Under the pieces are notes generated by a model. It saw only the letters and a list, made by a program, of their open reading frames with translations. It searched no databases and had not been told where the DNA came from. A stretch of DNA of 63,781 nucleotides, the filler included, from Stramenopiles sp. TOSAG23-6 (lineage: Eukaryota): the NCBI GenBank assembly GCA_900128565.1. It is 9 parts of 9 records of this genome, joined end to end, with 100 filler letters (N's around TTAATTAATTAA, not from the genome) between each part and the next. Parts side by side here need not be neighbours in the genome. Positions count along the whole stretch, not along the records: positions 56,823 to 63,781 come from LT636625.1; 8 more parts are not named here. One strand, 5' to 3'. Positions 59,801 to 63,781 of this stretch are shown one piece after another (the stretch's first letter is position 1; every line of letters begins with the position of its first letter). The position numbers and the translations under genes are program-made.

Positions 59801-62800
59801 GAAGCATTAGTATTGTAGTAGGTTCGGGAAATAAAGCAGGAGGCGGACGCATAACTTTGGTAGCAGGTAGCACATCTGACACAAACTCCAATGGTGGCTC
59901 AGTGTCCATCAATTCTGGATACGGAAACACTTCAAATAGTGGGGCTTTTAGTATTCGTACTGGAATAGGCGCATCAAGTGGCGAGGTCCATATTAGCACT
60001 GGAAATGCAACGAATGGTACAAGTGGTACAATGATACTTCGAACGGGTTCTGCAACCGGAGGTGCAGGTGGATCTATAAGTATGATGGTAGGTGCCGGTG
60101 AAGTTGATGTAGGAGGCTCTATCACAATATCGGCTGGCGAGAGCACTTCAGTGACTGGAGGTGCATTATCATTATCTTCTGGTTTTGGTAGATCAACATC
60201 AAGTGGGTCATTTACAGTGAAAACACCAGATGCAGGAATATCAACAGGGGGTGTAAGTGGTGCACTTTCATTTTATAGTGGTTCAGCTAGTAACGGAAGT
60301 AGTGGTTCTATGGCATTTACTACCGGAAGGGCAACACTTGGTGTTGGTGGCAGTATAAGCATCGCTGTTGGTGCAGGCACAGTGAATAATGGAGGCAGAA
60401 TTGTTATTTCAGCAGGTGAAAGTACAACTCAGACTGGTGGTTCTATCAGTCTCTCCTCAGGTTTCGGAACCAATAGTTCCAGTGGTGCATTTTCCATTAA
60501 AACTGCAAATGCTGGATTCGCAGGAACAAGCGGCAAAATGTATATAAAATCTGGTGATGCTTCAGCTGGAGGAAGTGGTGCTATAGCAATAAGATCGGGG
60601 AATGCGGGTACTGGTGCTGGTGGTAGTATGAGCATAGTAGTCGGTAATAGCGGATCAGCACAAGGTGGCCGTATAACTATTTCTGCCGGAGATGTTACAG
60701 GTTATTGTAGTATCGCGTCATATTTGAACAAATCCGATTGTATTGCAGGAGGAGGTAGTTGGACATCCGGTGATGCTACTGGGGGTTCAATTTCCATAGC
60801 TTCAGGTTTTAGTGTAGCCACTTCAAGTGGCGCCTTTAGCATAAAAACTGCAAATGCAGGAACTACAGGAATTAGTGGAAGTCTATATCTTGCAACAGGT
60901 ACTACAAGTAAAGGCAGCAGCGGATCTATGTTGTTTCGGACAGGTGTCGCGACATCAGGGGCTGGAGGAAGTATTAGTATTATGGTCGGCAGTGGTCAAA
61001 CAGGGTCAGGTGGCCAGATTACTATTAGCGGAGGATCGTCTTCAACCGGAAAAGGTGGCGATTTATCGCTGACATCTGGGTACGGCTCAACTTCAGGGAG
61101 TGGTTCATTTAGTATTAAAACTGCTTCGAGTTCGAGTGATGGCACCAGTGGTGGACTTCACTTATCAACTGGGAGTTCACAAAACGGCAAAAGCGGTATA
61201 GCGATTCTTCGTTCTGGTGCTGCATCTAACGGTGCTGGTGGAAATATTAGCATATCAGTCGGGAGTGGTAACGCAAACGAAGGTGGCCGTATAACAATCA
61301 GTGCGGGTGAGTCAACAGCATCTGACGGAAATGGAGGATCAATTTCAATCGCAAGTGGATTTGGACGAAATACAAATAGTGGATCATTCAGTATAAAAAC
61401 TTTGGCTGGTGGTAGTTCAGGCACAAGTGGATCTCTTCATATATCTACAGGAAATGCTAACTGTACCTCAGGTTCATACACTGATATCTCAAGTGGCGCG
61501 GTTGTAGTTCGTACAGGAAATTCAACCAATGGCAGGGGTGGAAATATTAGTCTTTTAGTTGGTGCCGCGTCAGCTGGAAGCGGTGGCAACATTGTGGTAT
61601 CTGCCGGTGCTATGACGTCCTCGTCAGCTTCAACTGGTGGAGCAGTTTCATTGACTTCAGGATATTCCTCTTATAATGATAGTGGACCATTTAGTATTCG
61701 CACCGCCGACTCTGGAAATTCGGGAGGATCTGGATCGCTTACCATTAAAACAGGAACTTCAAGTGGTGGAGCTAGTGGTGCAATTACACTACGCACGGGT
61801 TCTGCCACACTAGGTGCAGGTGGCAGCATTAGTGTCATTGTAGGCAGTGGTAATACAGCAACAGGTGGTCGAATTACAATATCTGCTGGTACCAGCGAAG
61901 AATCAACTGGTGGTTCAATATCACTATCACCTGGATATGGTAGGGCTACATCTAGTGGTTCATTCAGCATAATTACCCCAAATGCTTTTTCAGGAGTTAG
62001 CGGTTCTCTTTCATTCAAGACAGGCACCGCAAACGTTGGAAGTTCCGGTGCAATTATCTTACAAACGGGTAATGCCATTCAAGAAGATGGAACCTCAAGT
62101 GGAATGGGCGGTGGTATCAGTATCATTGTTGGAAATTCGAGTGGAAGCGGTGCGAATGGTGGAGATGTTACAATCAAAGCTGGCGACACAGATACTGGAA
62201 GTGGTGGTGGTGTACGAATTGTAACAGGAAGCGGTAATGGAGGAACCCCTGGTGATTTTGTTACAAGTCTTGGTGCTGCTGGTAGCGACAACGAACTGAA
62301 GCTAAACCCTACCAGTTCTTACTTTAAAACTGTAGGCGAATTACTTTTTGCAGCTGGTGATTATTCCAATGGTGCGTATGACGCAAGTTTGGATTTAAAA
62401 AGTTCTGGAGATATTGAATTGAAAGGCAAAGGAACAGTAGATTTCACAACTACAAATACATCTGCGGAATCATTTGTTTTAGGGACTACTGGTGTTGGAG
62501 GGACGGTGAAGGTGACTGGAAAAACATTTTTTCGCCACGGCATTGGCTTTGGCCGATACTCTGGTAGTGGGAACTTTTCTGATTCACCAATTTTGTACTA
62601 TATGAATCAGGGAGTGATAGACTTTTACGGTAGCCACTGTGAGGGAAACTATACGACAGGTTCATTTACCACCGACATAGGTGTTTCAGACTACTGTCAA
62701 ATAACATTATCGGATGGTGGCGCGTATATGCAGGCCAGACACCAACTTACTGAGCCAGATGGAGGATGGGAAGGTAGTAATACTTACTTTAAAATATTTG

Positions 62801-63132
62801 TTACACCGCCTACGAGATTGGGCACAGATAAATATGAAGAAGGGGTTACAGATTGGGCATGTGCACCATATGGTACCGACGATAGTAGTGCGACTCTTCT
62901 TGCATCTGTATCTTCTTCAACCGCAACACAATGCTCTTTGGCATGGATGTCTTGGGTACAATCTACAGACAGTTTGGATAAGGTATATGCATATATCCGT
63001 TTGATTAATGTTAAAGACGATTCATTAACTTTAAAAATTGGAGAAAATGAATGGGAATGGCAGTATCTTGCATTTGGGCATAGATGTATCGGTTCAACAT
63101 CAAGTTTAGCTTGTTATAGCAATTACGAATGA
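56824..63132 (+). CDS. Giant Gly/Ser/Thr-rich repeat protein (predicted beta-solenoid, adhesin-like), 5' partial
   Basis: >2100 codons open from contig start; recurring GGSISIxxGxG / GGRITISAG / SSSGAFSIKTANAG units. Confidence 0.85.
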   Translation, partial: GRITVSAGHSTTSTGATGGAISIITGYGVLSSSGSFSIKTGNAGTVEGVSGSIHISSGSAKSSSGHIVMRSGSAVSGAGGSISVVVGTGTASQGGRVIIKAGESSSATDGTGGSLSIISGYSTSSSSGAFSIRTANAGSLGVSGSLQLMSGTSSKGRSGEIILRSGNATSGAGGSVSLAVGVGTSSSGGRVTVSAGKVQNSTNVGGSISLISGYGGSVADSGSFSIKSASGDNSGILNISTGSSSDTSSGDVIIRSGDATNGSVSGSVSIYAGSSVSSPGTVNISGGNSPDSGVGGDISMISGYGSTSSSGSFTIQTNDAGSTGISGSLNIFTGAANKGSSGFISMRSGNATSGAGGSVSVSVGSGSVNTGGRITLSAGETEDSTSMTGGAVSMVSGYGTAAYSGTFSIRTANAGSSGSSGTIRIVTGSSSAGNTGALVLRSGRSLGASGGSISLIVGTGDTTSGGNIVMTAGRSDAVIGGDVSIVSGYGRAKSSGHFSFATANAGTSGVSGSMNISTGTASGGSSGHILLHSGISTGGAGGSLSLVVGSGSSAHGGRITFTAGESSTSTGGAISVSSGYGSDSSSGAFSIRTSNGGISGASGNISLITGTTSSGSSGAIQLLSGNATGGSGGSIRIAVGSGSTSQGGRITMRAGGTDASSEATGGSISLVSGFSSLTSSGSFSIMSADGGSNGVSGDLNFSTGVSNNGSSGSIKLTTGLASSGTSAGMSTTSSGGAISLVSGYSQATSSGAFSIRTANGGSSGVSGSLSFSTGTTSKGSSGSINIKSGNATKGMGGSINITVGTGSINQGGRVIISAGAITPASSSSSDTSIAKTGGSLSMTSGYSSASSSGSFSIKTANAGTNGVTGSIEMSTGTTSLGSSGHLILRSGTASNGTGGSVSFVVGSGNANTGGRITISAGNTKTANGKTGGAVSIISGYGSSSSSGAFSIKTANAGTTGVSGSLRLATGTTSSGSSGHILMRTGNANKGAGGSISIVVGSGNKAGGGRITLVAGSTSDTNSNGGSVSINSGYGNTSNSGAFSIRTGIGASSGEVHISTGNATNGTSGTMILRTGSATGGAGGSISMMVGAGEVDVGGSITISAGESTSVTGGALSLSSGFGRSTSSGSFTVKTPDAGISTGGVSGALSFYSGSASNGSSGSMAFTTGRATLGVGGSISIAVGAGTVNNGGRIVISAGESTTQTGGSISLSSGFGTNSSSGAFSIKTANAGFAGTSGKMYIKSGDASAGGSGAIAIRSGNAGTGAGGSMSIVVGNSGSAQGGRITISAGDVTGYCSIASYLNKSDCIAGGGSWTSGDATGGSISIASGFSVATSSGAFSIKTANAGTTGISGSLYLATGTTSKGSSGSMLFRTGVATSGAGGSISIMVGSGQTGSGGQITISGGSSSTGKGGDLSLTSGYGSTSGSGSFSIKTASSSSDGTSGGLHLSTGSSQNGKSGIAILRSGAASNGAGGNISISVGSGNANEGGRITISAGESTASDGNGGSISIASGFGRNTNSGSFSIKTLAGGSSGTSGSLHISTGNANCTSGSYTDISSGAVVVRTGNSTNGRGGNISLLVGAASAGSGGNIVVSAGAMTSSSASTGGAVSLTSGYSSYNDSGPFSIRTADSGNSGGSGSLTIKTGTSSGGASGAITLRTGSATLGAGGSISVIVGSGNTATGGRITISAGTSEESTGGSISLSPGYGRATSSGSFSIITPNAFSGVSGSLSFKTGTANVGSSGAIILQTGNAIQEDGTSSGMGGGISIIVGNSSGSGANGGDVTIKAGDTDTGSGGGVRIVTGSGNGGTPGDFVTSLGAAGSDNELKLNPTSSYFKTVGELLFAAGDYSNGAYDASLDLKSSGDIELKGKGTVDFTTTNTSAESFVLGTTGVGGTVKVTGKTFFRHGIGFGRYSGSGNFSDSPILYYMNQGVIDFYGSHCEGNYTTGSFTTDIGVSDYCQITLSDGGAYMQARHQLTEPDGGWEGSNTYFKIFVTPPTRLGTDKYEEGVTDWACAPYGTDDSSATLLASVSSSTATQCSLAWMSWVQSTDSLDKVYAYIRLINVKDDSLTLKIGENEWEWQYLAFGHRCIGSTSSLACYSNYE

Positions 63133-63380
63133 ATTTGCTTATTGTGTAATCAGGATAAACTTTATAACATAATATAATAAAATCAATATTAAAAATATAT
63201 TTAATAATTGTTTTCCATTACGTATAAATTGGAATAATTATTTTTTTTCTAAATTTTATTTTTTTGTGTTTCAAATGATTATAACTTAGTACCAACATTT
63301 TCAAATTCAATTTTTTTCATTGAATGATATAAATTAGTTTTCAGGATACTAATCTAAAGTAAATATAGTACAAATCTAGA

Positions 63381-63728
63381 TCAAACTTGCAATTCATCAG
63401 AAGTCTGAATAGACAACACCCTAACATTTTCTTTGGTGTTAATGATAGGATGTAAATGATCACGAAGGAAGTCTTCTGTTTGTTCTACACAACTACCAAT
63501 AAAAAGACTAGGATCGAGAAGATCATCCAATCGATGATGTACAGCAGAAAAAAGAGGATCTTGTGATATTCGATTCAACAGATCATTTTGAGCGCCTTCT
63601 GACTTGACACGTTCACTAGCGGCAAGGGAGTGAGTGCGGATGGCTTCATGCAGTTGTTGGCGACATCCTCCCGCTTTAACACATGCCATTAGAATTTCTT
63701 CTGTCGCCATAAAAGGAAGTTCCGCCAT
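63381..63728 (-). CDS. ADSL: Adenylosuccinate lyase, last exon; preceded by a partial introner to the window end
   Basis: ELPFMATEEILMACVKAGGCRQQLHEAIR...NDLLNRI...LLDPSLFIG. Confidence 0.92.
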   Translation of the reverse strand: MAELPFMATEEILMACVKAGGCRQQLHEAIRTHSLAASERVKSEGAQNDLLNRISQDPLFSAVHHRLDDLLDPSLFIGSCVEQTEDFLRDHLHPIINTKENVRVLSIQTSDELQV

Positions 63729-63781
63729 ATATTTTGAAAAAATATTTCAAAAAAAAATCGTTAGGTACAAAATTTCGTACG

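Noticed and set aside
57071-63004. Antisense and alternate-frame ORFs over the giant repeat gene
   Set aside because: Shadow ORFs caused by Gly/Ser codon bias.
1-63781. Stop-codon reassignment as the explanation for broken ORFs
   Set aside because: TAA, TAG and TGA all end genes at the expected C-termini; breaks are explained by introns and three single-base shifts.

Overview
AT-rich eukaryotic nuclear DNA from a flagellated protist (CFAP47 and BBS9 present; stramenopile-like is my inference). It consists of nine unrelated ~7 kb contigs joined by artificial 100-nt N/TTAATTAATTAA spacers. Two perfect fold-back duplications point to MDA/single-cell amplification. Recognisable genes: SF3A1, strawberry-notch C-terminus, PPR-SMR, ammonium transporter, CFAP47, BBS9, an ISY1 fragment, WD40/WDR13-like, ADSL, two U-box+SEL1 proteins and a giant Gly/Ser/Thr beta-solenoid protein. 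Main discovery: nearly all introns belong to one high-copy ~90-125 nt repeat family (GTAYGTTTT...TTCGTACGAAATTTTGTACCTAAC...AAATATTTTTCCAAAATAC-NN). They have a normal donor and CTAAC branch site but mostly no AG acceptor. Of 29 copies I could place by reading frame, 17 end in AT, 4 in TT, 3 in AC, 1 in GT and only 4 in AG. In 19 of the 25 non-AG copies the last 2 nt repeat the 2 exon nt before the donor. Together with GTA...TAC inverted termini, this suggests a MITE-like introner with a 2-bp target-site duplication, removed by AG-independent splicing (inferred; no RNA data here). A CCGGGTA motif marks most promoters.
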